64,000 nucleotides of DNA, taken from contig CAWJQU010000005.1 in NCBI GenBank assembly GCA_963845145.1, positions 608,001-672,000 on the forward strand, read 5' to 3'. Below the pieces are notes generated by a model that saw nothing but the letters and a program-made list of their open reading frames with translations, searched no databases and had not been told where the DNA came from. A program made the translations under genes and the position numbers. The stretch is from an uncultured delta proteobacterium (GTDB lineage: Bacteria; Desulfobacterota; Desulfobacteria; Desulfobacterales; QNYZ01). Below, piece by piece: positions 52,341 through 61,331 of the stretch; position 1 is the first letter of the stretch; each line of letters opens with the position of its first letter.

Positions 52341-52925
52341 ATGGAACTGCTGAAGATACATGACCTCTATTACGATCGTGTAAAGATATTTATCACACGA
52401 CTCGTCAAAGACGAATGCTTAGCCGAGGACCTGATCCAGGACACCTTCATCCGCATCCAGAAAAACATCGATTCAGTGAGGGAGCCGTCAAAGGTTTCAT
52501 CCTGGATATTTCGGATTGCCTATAATTTGTGTCAGGACCATTTCAAATCCCGGAAAAACAACAATCATGATTTTGTTAGACCGGAAAATACGCCAAGTCC
52601 ATTTATTGAAATATCACCCCAGAAAAAACTCGAACAGTTTCAGATGGGCGCCTGCGTCCAGGAGCAGATAGATCTTCTCCCCGAAAAACAAAGAATTGTT
52701 CTCATCCTTTATGACCTTTTTGATTTCAAGCACACCGATATTGCCGATATTTTAGGTATCACACGGGAGAATGCCAAAGTCAGGCTTCACCGGGCGAGAA
52801 AAAGTCTCAAATCGATTCTTAAAGAGAGGTGTACCTTCGAACGAGATGATAGAAATGTATTGGTATGTGAGCCTGTAGAATCAAATGGGGTCAAAAACCG
52901 ATTGCATGTGCGATCATCGTTATGA
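52341..52925 (+). CDS. ECF sigma factor with a Cys-containing C-terminal extension (SigZ-like)
   Basis: AEDLIQDTF; SWIFRIAYN; KVRLHRAR; CTFERDDRNVLVC. The ORF extends upstream to 52284. Confidence 0.85.
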   Translation: MELLKIHDLYYDRVKIFITRLVKDECLAEDLIQDTFIRIQKNIDSVREPSKVSSWIFRIAYNLCQDHFKSRKNNNHDFVRPENTPSPFIEISPQKKLEQFQMGACVQEQIDLLPEKQRIVLILYDLFDFKHTDIADILGITRENAKVRLHRARKSLKSILKERCTFERDDRNVLVCEPVESNGVKNRLHVRSSL

Positions 52926-53012
52926 AATCGTTGCGATAGGTTGGTCCGATAAGAAACAAATGGACTATATGAACCTGATAACCGCCCTTTTCGTGCCGGC
53001 AGGCTTTGTTAT

Positions 53013-54572
53013 TTACTGTTCTGCAAGTTTTCCGGCAATCCTATCCCAGGAAAAATTTTTCACGGATAAACGCCTCAGCCGCCGAGAAATCAGCTTCCGA
53101 TGAGTATGATCAAAATAGCCGTCAGGATAAAGAAAGTTGAGCGCGGAGTGGATTTTCCCGGGAAGCTGTGTGACAAATTCGGCACGATCCAAACGCATCA
53201 AATCAGCAATTTCAGGTAAATTCGCCCCCACTATATCGATAACATCCCGCAACCCTGTATGATCGTTGCAAAGCGGCAGCACACCTGCTGCCATTGCCTC
53301 CACAGCAACCATGCCGAAAGCCTCAGGCCGCTTACTCGGGACAATAGCAAGGCTCACCAGGGGCAACAGGGCACCCAGGGTGTCATGGTCAAGAACCCCG
53401 GTTACCGTTATTCGACCACTTTCCAGAGATGTAAGTAGACGGAACCAGTCGTCCAATTGCTGGTCCTCAATAAAATCACCGGACCGTGCGCAGGCTTTAA
53501 ACGTCTCGTAGTCTCCTTCAGACAGACCCCGAATCATCCCTTCTAAGTGTTCCCGGTAAGCGCCAAAACCGACAAAAATAAAGCGCGCCTGGGGCAATTT
53601 GGACAATACGGTTGGTACGGTAAGCAGCAATTCACCAGCACCCTTGGCAGGTAAGAATTTTCCGAAATACAGTATGATGGGCTCATGGGGTTCAATCTGG
53701 GGCCATCTTGCCGGCAGGTCCGCATCAATGGCCCGTTGGTCGTATCGCTCTCCTGCTCGAAGAAGCAGGGCATGACAAGCGTGAATATCCCCTTTATTTG
53801 GCAAGTTGGTTTGAAATGACTGGCGTCCGTTTCCATTTTTCTGGATCATATGGTCTACTTTTTTAAGGAAACGATCCACGTCTGGGGTAAATGCTTCCGA
53901 AAGCTTGAAAATCTTCGGATCCATTCCCGGGGAAACAATATGCAGTTTGCCATCTAAAGCCATTTGACTTCGATATGATGAAAATACCTTCAAAACCCGC
54001 TGCTTCACGTATGGCGTTCCGACATAAATACGCCGAGCCTCCTGAAGACCTTCAATGGCGTACGGCATCCATTCAGGATGAGGAACAAGCGTGTACTCCA
54101 AGGCACTGCCATGAATTTTGACATCATAAGGGGTATCCATACCGGCCAGCGCACGTCTGGCAATCACCGGGCCAAATAGTGCATGATTGGCCAGTACATG
54201 TGCAGCGCCTTGGGCTGCAACTTGACGCAGAGCCATAGCAGTCATCTCTATGTGGGTCTTACACTCGTCATCGGTCAATTCCGGTATCGTTTTCACCTGG
54301 TAGCCTTCATAATGGTCGAAGACATATACTGGGAGCAACCCCTTGATATCGGGGACAACGACCCGAGTTCGGCCGGGCTCCGGCGGTTGAAGGGGAATCT
54401 TCTCTCCAGGGCCAATATATTGATCAACAAAAGCGATCGTTTTGGATTCAGGGTCCTGGCAGACAACTGTCACCGCATGGCCCTGGTTTTTCCAGGCTTT
54501 GGCGATATTGGCCACATAAATATTGGATCCGGTTCCCTGAAGCAGGTAGCCGTGCAACAGAATCAAGTGCAT
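53013..54572 (-). CDS. Glycosyltransferase family 4 (GT-B)
   Basis: HGYLLQGTGSNIY; YFGKFLPAKG; PSKRPEAFGMVAVEAMAAG; FSW. Confidence 0.88.
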   Translation of the reverse strand: MHLILLHGYLLQGTGSNIYVANIAKAWKNQGHAVTVVCQDPESKTIAFVDQYIGPGEKIPLQPPEPGRTRVVVPDIKGLLPVYVFDHYEGYQVKTIPELTDDECKTHIEMTAMALRQVAAQGAAHVLANHALFGPVIARRALAGMDTPYDVKIHGSALEYTLVPHPEWMPYAIEGLQEARRIYVGTPYVKQRVLKVFSSYRSQMALDGKLHIVSPGMDPKIFKLSEAFTPDVDRFLKKVDHMIQKNGNGRQSFQTNLPNKGDIHACHALLLRAGERYDQRAIDADLPARWPQIEPHEPIILYFGKFLPAKGAGELLLTVPTVLSKLPQARFIFVGFGAYREHLEGMIRGLSEGDYETFKACARSGDFIEDQQLDDWFRLLTSLESGRITVTGVLDHDTLGALLPLVSLAIVPSKRPEAFGMVAVEAMAAGVLPLCNDHTGLRDVIDIVGANLPEIADLMRLDRAEFVTQLPGKIHSALNFLYPDGYFDHTHRKLISRRLRRLSVKNFSWDRIAGKLAEQ

Positions 54573-54586
54573 GCTTGAACTCTCCT

Positions 54587-55015
54587 CTATTTTATAACCA
54601 GCCAGGTCCCCAACAAAATCAATCCAATGCCAAAAATGCGGTTGAGATCCAGCGGCCGAAGATCTGCACCCAAAACGCCAAAATGATCTATCACAGCGCC
54701 GGTAATAAATTGTGCCGCGACGACGATTGTCAGTGCCATCACCAATCCCATCCGCGCCGTTCCGTATCCAATGCTACCAACAATCACCAAACCCAAAACG
54801 CCGGTGGACAGCGCATACCAGGGCACGCCTTGCACGCCTGCCAGGTTACCCCCCCGCCCAAGAAGCATAATCAGGCCGATCAGCAACCCCCCACCACCAT
54901 AGGTAATAAACACACTTTCCAGTGTGCCGATCTGCTTATCCATTAACCCCATGAATTGGGCCTGGAGGGTTACCGCTATGCCGCCGATGGCAGCGATTAG
55001 GATCAGAGGGATCAT
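54587..55015 (-). CDS. DMT-superfamily transporter (YdcZ-like)
   Basis: GGIAVTLQA; PWYAL..GVLG; AQ..IDHFG; 5 TM. ATG 55015. Confidence 0.85.
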   Translation of the reverse strand: MIPLILIAAIGGIAVTLQAQFMGLMDKQIGTLESVFITYGGGGLLIGLIMLLGRGGNLAGVQGVPWYALSTGVLGLVIVGSIGYGTARMGLVMALTIVVAAQFITGAVIDHFGVLGADLRPLDLNRIFGIGLILLGTWLVIK

Positions 55016-55276
55016 TGTATTCAATTTAGTTTTCCTTTCCGATTTTATCACTACCGATAAAAGGTAATTGAAAGATTTTGGGTGACCATTTGACAAGGGA
55101 TGTGGCGTCTCTTGTGCTTGGCCGAACCACCCCTTTTTTTGCTTTAACCGTTTGAAAATGAGGGGCCTGTCATCTTTTACCACAAAAAACATTATTTTAT
55201 GATCGGAATTTGCTCATTTCAATATAGATTATGCGGTGCACGGATCAATTCAGCCCAAAACATTGAGGAGACCCAA

Positions 55277-55559
55277 ATGAATGTAACTGATGCGCTGAAA
55301 CGAATTGACGCGGGTTGGGCTAAAAAGCCAAACTGATTTTGTTCCTGGTGAAGAATAGATGTTTTTGGATTCCGACGTGGTCGCATGGAGCTTGGCCTGG
55401 AAGCTTTCCATGGCAGGAAGGCCCGGTAATTCCGAAAAAAAGGAGATTGGTGTCGTCAATATCTATGTTGTGGATGACTCCGGCAAACCAAATTATATAG
55501 AACACAACGAATCGGACGGAGGTTTTCAATCAAATGGTCTCCGTATAGAAATACCTTGA
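55277..55559 (+). pseudogene. Probable decayed gene of a hypothetical protein family
   Basis: GAGGAG RBS + MNVTDALKRIDAGWAKKP*, then LDSDVVAWSLAWKL..VNIYVVDD in another frame. Confidence 0.4.
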
Positions 55560-55773
55560 ATAACACTAACAAACGCGCAGTCACATCAAAGTGCTTCGCC
55601 CGTATCAATAAGATCCACACCGCCTGCACGAGCCCTTTGGCAAGCAATATCGTTTTCCCGGCGGCCACATGAACGACAATCCATTCTCGCCGACTTAGCC
55701 ACCGAAACCGAGTAATAGTACAAAACTTCTGATTCCAAGCCGTTCAAAAAGTCACCTTCCAGCCCAATCCAAC

Positions 55774-56232
55774 TTAAGCGACAGGTTTGGCTGTCTTGCG
55801 CCCCTCCACGCTTATTTCCATTACGACGCGACCCCAGCCTCCACACTCCAACCCCACATCAAAGCACGTAGCTCGTTTGAATCTCATTTCATTAGGATCA
55901 ACCCCTGCATGCCATAGTTCGTTTGCCGCGAATATCTGAGGTGTTATCGCATTCAAAGCATAAACACATATCCTTTTAGGGCACAGTTTAGTTAAAAGGT
56001 TCCCCGCTCCATCAAAATACAACTTGTCGCCAACTCCGTGTTGACTATTACAACCATGTGAATCAACTACCTCCACGATGATTGTCTTTTTAAGTAATTC
56101 TGGAGCCTTTGATAGGATATCCTCATTTCTTGGGTTTTCTTTGAATTTTTTTATTTCTTTATCGGTATAACCTAATCGCTTTTTCATGAACTTCCATTTG
56201 ACCGTGTTCCACGCTATATCCCGCATACCCAT
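55774..56232 (-). CDS. Cys-containing hypothetical protein (TIGR04076-like)
   Basis: VEVVDSHGC..HGVGD..ICVYAL..CFDVG..GRVVMEI; GGAGG RBS. Confidence 0.65.
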   Translation of the reverse strand: MGMRDIAWNTVKWKFMKKRLGYTDKEIKKFKENPRNEDILSKAPELLKKTIIVEVVDSHGCNSQHGVGDKLYFDGAGNLLTKLCPKRICVYALNAITPQIFAANELWHAGVDPNEMRFKRATCFDVGLECGGWGRVVMEISVEGRKTAKPVA

Positions 56233-56323
56233 TTACTTTTCCTCCATTTTGGGAAAACCGAACGGTTCAATCAGTCGGTCATGAATATCACGATAGATGG
56301 CTTTTTACGGGTCCATCACGATA

Positions 56324-56509
56324 TCATTGCCACCAAAAAAGACGGTTCCAGAAACGTGACCGCCCCATTTTTTGGGGTTTGTGGGATTCCTCGCGAGTCT
56401 CGATCTCAATAAACGCATTACGAAGACCGGGGCACTCGAGAAAGAGATTGAGCCGTCTTTCGCTATCGGCGGTTCGGTAAACTTCAACGATGGGGGATTG
56501 ACTTCTCAT
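56324..56509 (-). CDS. Small hypothetical protein
   Basis: AAGGAGG RBS; MRSQSPIVEVYRTADSERRLNLFLECPGLRNAFIEIE..; overlaps the end of the hydrolase. Confidence 0.55.
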   Translation of the reverse strand: MRSQSPIVEVYRTADSERRLNLFLECPGLRNAFIEIETREESHKPQKMGRSRFWNRLFWWQ

Positions 56510-57515
56510 GGTGACGACCTCCTTTTTCAATGATTGCCAGTGGCATCTGCGTATCAACCATCTCACTATCGACCATCTCCGAATCGACCATTTGGCTATC
56601 AGAGGGGTTTGTCTCAGGGTGCCTGGCTTGATCGTGTTCCTTGAGATACGCCAGCGTCATGCGCACCACCTTCTCATCCAATAAAATCCGTTTGTGCCCC
56701 AACCCTGTCGTGGTGTGAAACCGAATAGAGGTGTTGTTTTCGGCAGCCATTCTCGAGTCACCATAGGGAATCACCTCATCGCCTGGATCATGAATGACAA
56801 GCATGGGGCCGGTGAGAGTGGGAAGCAGCCGAACGGGATTGTCACGATCCAGATTATACCCGTATATGCGCTCATATTTGGCAATGATATTCCGGCATAG
56901 TTTTTCCGGAATACCGTAACCATCGAATGTATTGTAAAGCACCTCTTTTAGCTTCAACGCGGGGGCAATCAGCACTGCGGGCATCGGCAACCGCTCTTTC
57001 GACAACGCGTTGACGGTTGCCGCGCCACCAAAGGAGTGCCCGATGACCCCGATAAAGTTTAACCCGCACTCCAGTTTAATAAAGGCCCGCACAACATCGG
57101 TGAACTCAAAATAACTGGTGGTGGTGCCATCGGACTCCCCGTGGCCCGGAGCATCGAAGGCGATCACCGTGTAACCTGCTTCAACCAACGGCTCAATGAA
57201 CCGAAAAAGAGAAATCCCTCTGCCGTTCCAGCCATGGGCCAGCAAGACAGCGGGGCCTTGACCCCAGCGCCAATATCGAATGGCTTTATCGTTTAACCGC
57301 CATTCATACTCTTTTCCTTGTGACAGGATCTTTCTCTGTCGACCGGTCAATGGGGGACGTACCGGCGAGAAAAAGACCTTCTTAACCCGTTGTTCGGTAA
57401 AGCCGGGAGCACATCGCCACATGGCGTTTATAATGATGCGTGTTACATGCAGCCCGGCACTTCTTATACGAACGTTCGTACTATTAAATGGTCGGTTTTT
57501 TAATTTCTTCGTCAT
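56484..57515 (-). CDS. Alpha/beta hydrolase
   Basis: HGWNG; FDAPGHG; GHSFGG nucleophile elbow; HDPGD; GLGH. Confidence 0.9.
   Translation of the reverse strand: MTKKLKNRPFNSTNVRIRSAGLHVTRIIINAMWRCAPGFTEQRVKKVFFSPVRPPLTGRQRKILSQGKEYEWRLNDKAIRYWRWGQGPAVLLAHGWNGRGISLFRFIEPLVEAGYTVIAFDAPGHGESDGTTTSYFEFTDVVRAFIKLECGLNFIGVIGHSFGGAATVNALSKERLPMPAVLIAPALKLKEVLYNTFDGYGIPEKLCRNIIAKYERIYGYNLDRDNPVRLLPTLTGPMLVIHDPGDEVIPYGDSRMAAENNTSIRFHTTTGLGHKRILLDEKVVRMTLAYLKEHDQARHPETNPSDSQMVDSEMVDSEMVDTQMPLAIIEKGGRHHEKSIPHR
57467..57480. promoter_or_regulatory. TetR-type operator palindrome inside the 5' coding region of the hydrolase
   Basis: TACGAACGTTCGTA, identical to the palindrome at 58149-58162. Confidence 0.7.
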
Positions 57516-57531
57516 CGTTCATCCTGTCTGA

Positions 57532-58134
57532 TTATCCGTTATCTGAAGAAGGTACCCGATAGGTGTTTAAAAGGTCGGCAAGCGCTTTTTCATGACGCTT
57601 AACGGTATTATTATCCCGCAGCAGCTGATGATAATAGTGAAATCCCAGGAGCATTGAATACAAGTCAAAGGCGAATTGATCGCAGTCGGCATCTTTTTTA
57701 AAATCGCCGCTTTGGATGGCAGCGTGAGCGAAACGACGCAGGCAGTCAATCCATTCCTCTTGTTGGGCCAGAATATAATCGTGCACATTACCCGGGCGAT
57801 CGGCGAATTCGGCACTGGCGGAAACAAAAATGCATCCGCCCGGCATCCTGGCGCTCCAATTTCTCCAGTTGGCTACCAGGGCTTTAATACGGGGGATTCC
57901 GGCGGGTTCCATCAATGCCGGAACAACCACGCTTTCGGCAAAAATATCCCCGGCATGTTTCAGAATGGCGAGCTGCAGATTTTCTTTGGACTGAAAATGC
58001 GCAAACAGTCCGCTTTTGGAGATCTGGTTCGCTTTCGCCAGGTTTCCAATGGTGACGCTCTCCAGGCTCAATTGGGTCGCCATTTTGAGCCCGGCGTCTA
58101 AAATCGCCCGTCTGGTGTCTTCGCCTTTTGTCAT
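57532..58134 (-). CDS. TetR/AcrR-family regulator
   Basis: TRRAIL..TIGNLA..SKSGLFAHFQSKE; GGC. Confidence 0.92.
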   Translation of the reverse strand: MTKGEDTRRAILDAGLKMATQLSLESVTIGNLAKANQISKSGLFAHFQSKENLQLAILKHAGDIFAESVVVPALMEPAGIPRIKALVANWRNWSARMPGGCIFVSASAEFADRPGNVHDYILAQQEEWIDCLRRFAHAAIQSGDFKKDADCDQFAFDLYSMLLGFHYYHQLLRDNNTVKRHEKALADLLNTYRVPSSDNG

Positions 58135-58141
58135 AATTTTT

Positions 58142-58170
58142 AAAATAGTACGAACGTTCGTATTTGTCAA
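58142..58170 (-). promoter_or_regulatory. Sigma-70 promoter with the operator in its spacer; likely leaderless tetR mRNA
   Basis: TTGACA-aatacgaacgttcgtac (17 bp)-TATTTT-7 nt-ATG; no Shine-Dalgarno. Confidence 0.7.
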
Positions 58171-58316
58171 GGCTTTTTCAATATTGTTGTCGAACCCCGA
58201 AAATAATCGGGGCAATATATCATTTATTTTTTTAATAATAGCGGCGCCCCCTTGGCATAAAATGAATGTTAGGGTAATGGTTTAGTATCTCAGCGTCGAG
58301 TCGATCTAATTCATAT

Positions 58317-59918
58317 ATGGAGCATCTTCAAAAATTGACTTTCACACCAGACACCCCCGTTCTGCCCCAACGCGTACCGGTTTTTGCCAGAAACATGGTT
58401 GCCACTTCCCAACCTCTGGCCGCACAAGCCGGATTGGAAATGTTGCGAAATGGCGGGAATGCTGTGGATGCCGCCCTGTCGGCGGCCATTACCCTCACAG
58501 TTGTAGAACCCACCGGCTGTGGATTGGGAAGTGATGCATTCGCCATCATCTGGGACGGACACAGGCTCCATGGCCTTAACGGCTCCGGGAAATCGCCAGC
58601 CGGATGGTCACCGGCGCATTTCGCGGAATATAAAACCATGCCGGAATTGGGCTGGGATACCGTCACCGTTCCCGGGGCCGTACATGCCTGGGCAACCTTG
58701 TCGCAACGCTTCGGAAAACTTCCTTTTGAACGGCTGTTCAAACCGGCGCTTCATTATGCTGAGAATGGATTTATCGTAACCCCGAACATCGCCGCGCTTT
58801 GGGCGGAAGCCCCGGATCGTTATAAAGCCTACCCTGAATTTGCCCAACTGTTTTTACCGGCTGGAACCGCGCCCGGAGCCGGCGAACTTTTTATCCCGCC
58901 ATACCAGGCATCAACGCTTAATAAAATTGCCCAGACCGGTGGCGATACTTTTTATAAGGGAGACCTCGCGGAAAAAATCGCCGCCCATGCCGCCGCTACC
59001 GGCGGAAAACTGACCCAGGCCGACCTTGAGAGCCATCGCTCCGAGTGGGTAGCGCCCATATCCCAGGCGTATCACGGCATCGAACTGCATGAGATTCCCC
59101 CCAATGGCCAAGGTCTGATAGCCTTGATTGCATTGGGGTTGCTGCGCCACCACAATATTCAGGACACCGCGCCGGATTCCGCCGACAGCATTCACTTGCA
59201 GGTCGAGGCCATGAAAATCGCCTTTGCCGAAGCGCACCGTCATGTCGCCGATCCGGCAGCCATGAATATTGATCCCCACCTGCTGCTTAAAGATTCTTTT
59301 CTAAAAAAACGCGCTAAAGAGATCAACCTGAAGAAGGCCATGCATCCGGTGGCCACAATACCGCCGGAAAAGGGAACGGTTTATCTGGCCGCCGCCGATG
59401 AAAACGGCATGATGGTATCGTTTATTCAGTCCAACTATTTTGGTTTTGGGTCGGGTATCGTCATTCCGGGGACAGGTATCAGTCTTCAAAATCGCGGCTA
59501 TGGTTTCTCACTTGAAGCGGGGCATCCCAATCGGGCCGATGGTGGCAAGAAGCCCTGCCACACCATTATTCCGGCGTTTGTTACCCGAAACGGTCAGCCG
59601 GTATTGAGTTTTGGCGTAATGGGCGCCCATATGCAACCCCAGGGACACGTTCAAATGATTACCCGCATCTTCGATTATGGATTCAACCCCAAGCAAGCCT
59701 CCGATGCCCCCCGGTGGTGCGTGACCGAAGACTTTGAGTTGGCCCTGGAGCAGGGAATCGACGATCATGTTGTCATGGACCTGTCCCAACGGGGACACAA
59801 AATAGTGCCAAATCCGCCGGGTAAAATTTTTGGCGGGGCCCAGTTGATTGAAAAAATAGGTGATGGCTACTGCGCGGCCTCCGACCATCGCAAGGATGGC
59901 CAGGCCGTGGGGTTTTAA
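58317..59918 (+). CDS. ggt: Gamma-glutamyltransferase family protein (cytoplasmic, YwrD-like)
   Basis: MVATSQPLA; GGNAVDAA; TVPGAV; PPNGQG; GTVY nucleophile Thr; SFIQSNY; GVMGAHMQPQGH; SDHRKDG. No signal peptide. Confidence 0.9.
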   Translation: MEHLQKLTFTPDTPVLPQRVPVFARNMVATSQPLAAQAGLEMLRNGGNAVDAALSAAITLTVVEPTGCGLGSDAFAIIWDGHRLHGLNGSGKSPAGWSPAHFAEYKTMPELGWDTVTVPGAVHAWATLSQRFGKLPFERLFKPALHYAENGFIVTPNIAALWAEAPDRYKAYPEFAQLFLPAGTAPGAGELFIPPYQASTLNKIAQTGGDTFYKGDLAEKIAAHAAATGGKLTQADLESHRSEWVAPISQAYHGIELHEIPPNGQGLIALIALGLLRHHNIQDTAPDSADSIHLQVEAMKIAFAEAHRHVADPAAMNIDPHLLLKDSFLKKRAKEINLKKAMHPVATIPPEKGTVYLAAADENGMMVSFIQSNYFGFGSGIVIPGTGISLQNRGYGFSLEAGHPNRADGGKKPCHTIIPAFVTRNGQPVLSFGVMGAHMQPQGHVQMITRIFDYGFNPKQASDAPRWCVTEDFELALEQGIDDHVVMDLSQRGHKIVPNPPGKIFGGAQLIEKIGDGYCAASDHRKDGQAVGF

Positions 59919-60248
59919 AAATAAATGACATGCCGAAATAAAAAACCAACCGGACCTGATAGCTGAATACCGTCACTTCAACCATTCGTTATCAGACAAC
60001 CAAAACCCAATGCAGACCAAGGTTGAAGACACCGCCATTTTTCACCCTAACTCGCCAATATTAAAACATTTTTCATTTAGCCACCGGCTTGACTATCCCA
60101 TCGCCTTCCGGTATTTAAATGATCACACGTTGTCACCGAGGGCGATTGCGTTATACCTTATAAAAAAGAGAAGGAGGTGATAGCCGTACCGCGAAAACGC
60201 TGGAAAAGAGCCCATCACTCGTCATTTAATAATTAAGGAGGTTGTCCC

Positions 60249-61229
60249 ATGAAACAAAAAAAATGGTTTGTCTATACACTCGTATTGGTTCTGACACTGG
60301 CCTTTGTACTACCCCTTAACTCAGTCCAGGCTGCCAAAAGGCGTTATGTGTCCATTGCCGCCGGTTGGGTAACCGGGGCCTATTTCCCCATGGCAGGGGC
60401 CATATCCCGCATCGCCTGGAAGCACTTAAAAGAGCAGGGTATCAAAGTGACCGCAGAATCCTCCGGAGCGTCGGTGGCCAATGCCAAACTCATCGGACAG
60501 GGGGATACCGATTTTGCTATTTTGCAAAATGACATCGCTTCTTATGCCCACAACGGCAAAAAAGGCATGTTCGATGAAGCGGTTAGTAATCTTTTGGGCG
60601 TCTGCACCCTTTTTCCCGAACACGTCCAGGTGGTATCGCGCAGGGATAGCAATATTAAATCGATAGCTGATTTGAAAGGCAAGAAAGTGGCCATCGGCCC
60701 AGTGGGCTCCGGAACAGCCGAAAATGCCAAACAGATTCTGGAAGCCTGGGGACTCACGGTAGAAGATTTAGCCAAGGCCGAGCAGCTCACCGCCTCCCAG
60801 TCGGCGGACTATATCAAGGACGGTCGTCTGGACGCCGCCTTTTTCACCGTCGCAGTGGGTGCAGCAGTCATTATGGATACCTCGCTCATCGTGGATACGG
60901 CCATTGTACCCATCGAGGGGCCCAAGGCAGACGAACTGATTGCCAAGTATCCTTTCTACGCCAAACAGGTCGTTACGGGGGGGCTTTACAAGGGCAACGA
61001 TAAGGACGTCAATACCGTTTCGGTAATGGCCATGCTGTCAGCCCGGGCCGACTTAGAGGAAGACATTGTCTACGCCATCGTCAATGCCATGTACTCAGAT
61101 CTAGAGCAGTTGCGCAAAGCCCATGACAAGTTCAAGAATATTAAGATGGAAGATGGCCTGGTGGGGATGGGGATTCCGCTACACCCCGGGGCCGAGAAAT
61201 TTTTCAAGGAAAAAGGAATTCTTAAATAG
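60249..61229 (+). CDS. TAXI-family TRAP solute-binding protein
   Basis: TGAYFPMAG; SGASVAN; QND; GPVGSGT; PLHPGA. Confidence 0.92.
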   Translation: MKQKKWFVYTLVLVLTLAFVLPLNSVQAAKRRYVSIAAGWVTGAYFPMAGAISRIAWKHLKEQGIKVTAESSGASVANAKLIGQGDTDFAILQNDIASYAHNGKKGMFDEAVSNLLGVCTLFPEHVQVVSRRDSNIKSIADLKGKKVAIGPVGSGTAENAKQILEAWGLTVEDLAKAEQLTASQSADYIKDGRLDAAFFTVAVGAAVIMDTSLIVDTAIVPIEGPKADELIAKYPFYAKQVVTGGLYKGNDKDVNTVSVMAMLSARADLEEDIVYAIVNAMYSDLEQLRKAHDKFKNIKMEDGLVGMGIPLHPGAEKFFKEKGILK

Positions 61230-61331
61230 CACCTGCGTTTAAAATCAAACACCAATGATGGGTATAGGGCCGGAACTGCGCCATTGGCTGTTCCGGCTCT
61301 ACCATTGATAAATGAGGGTGGAGGCAACCAA

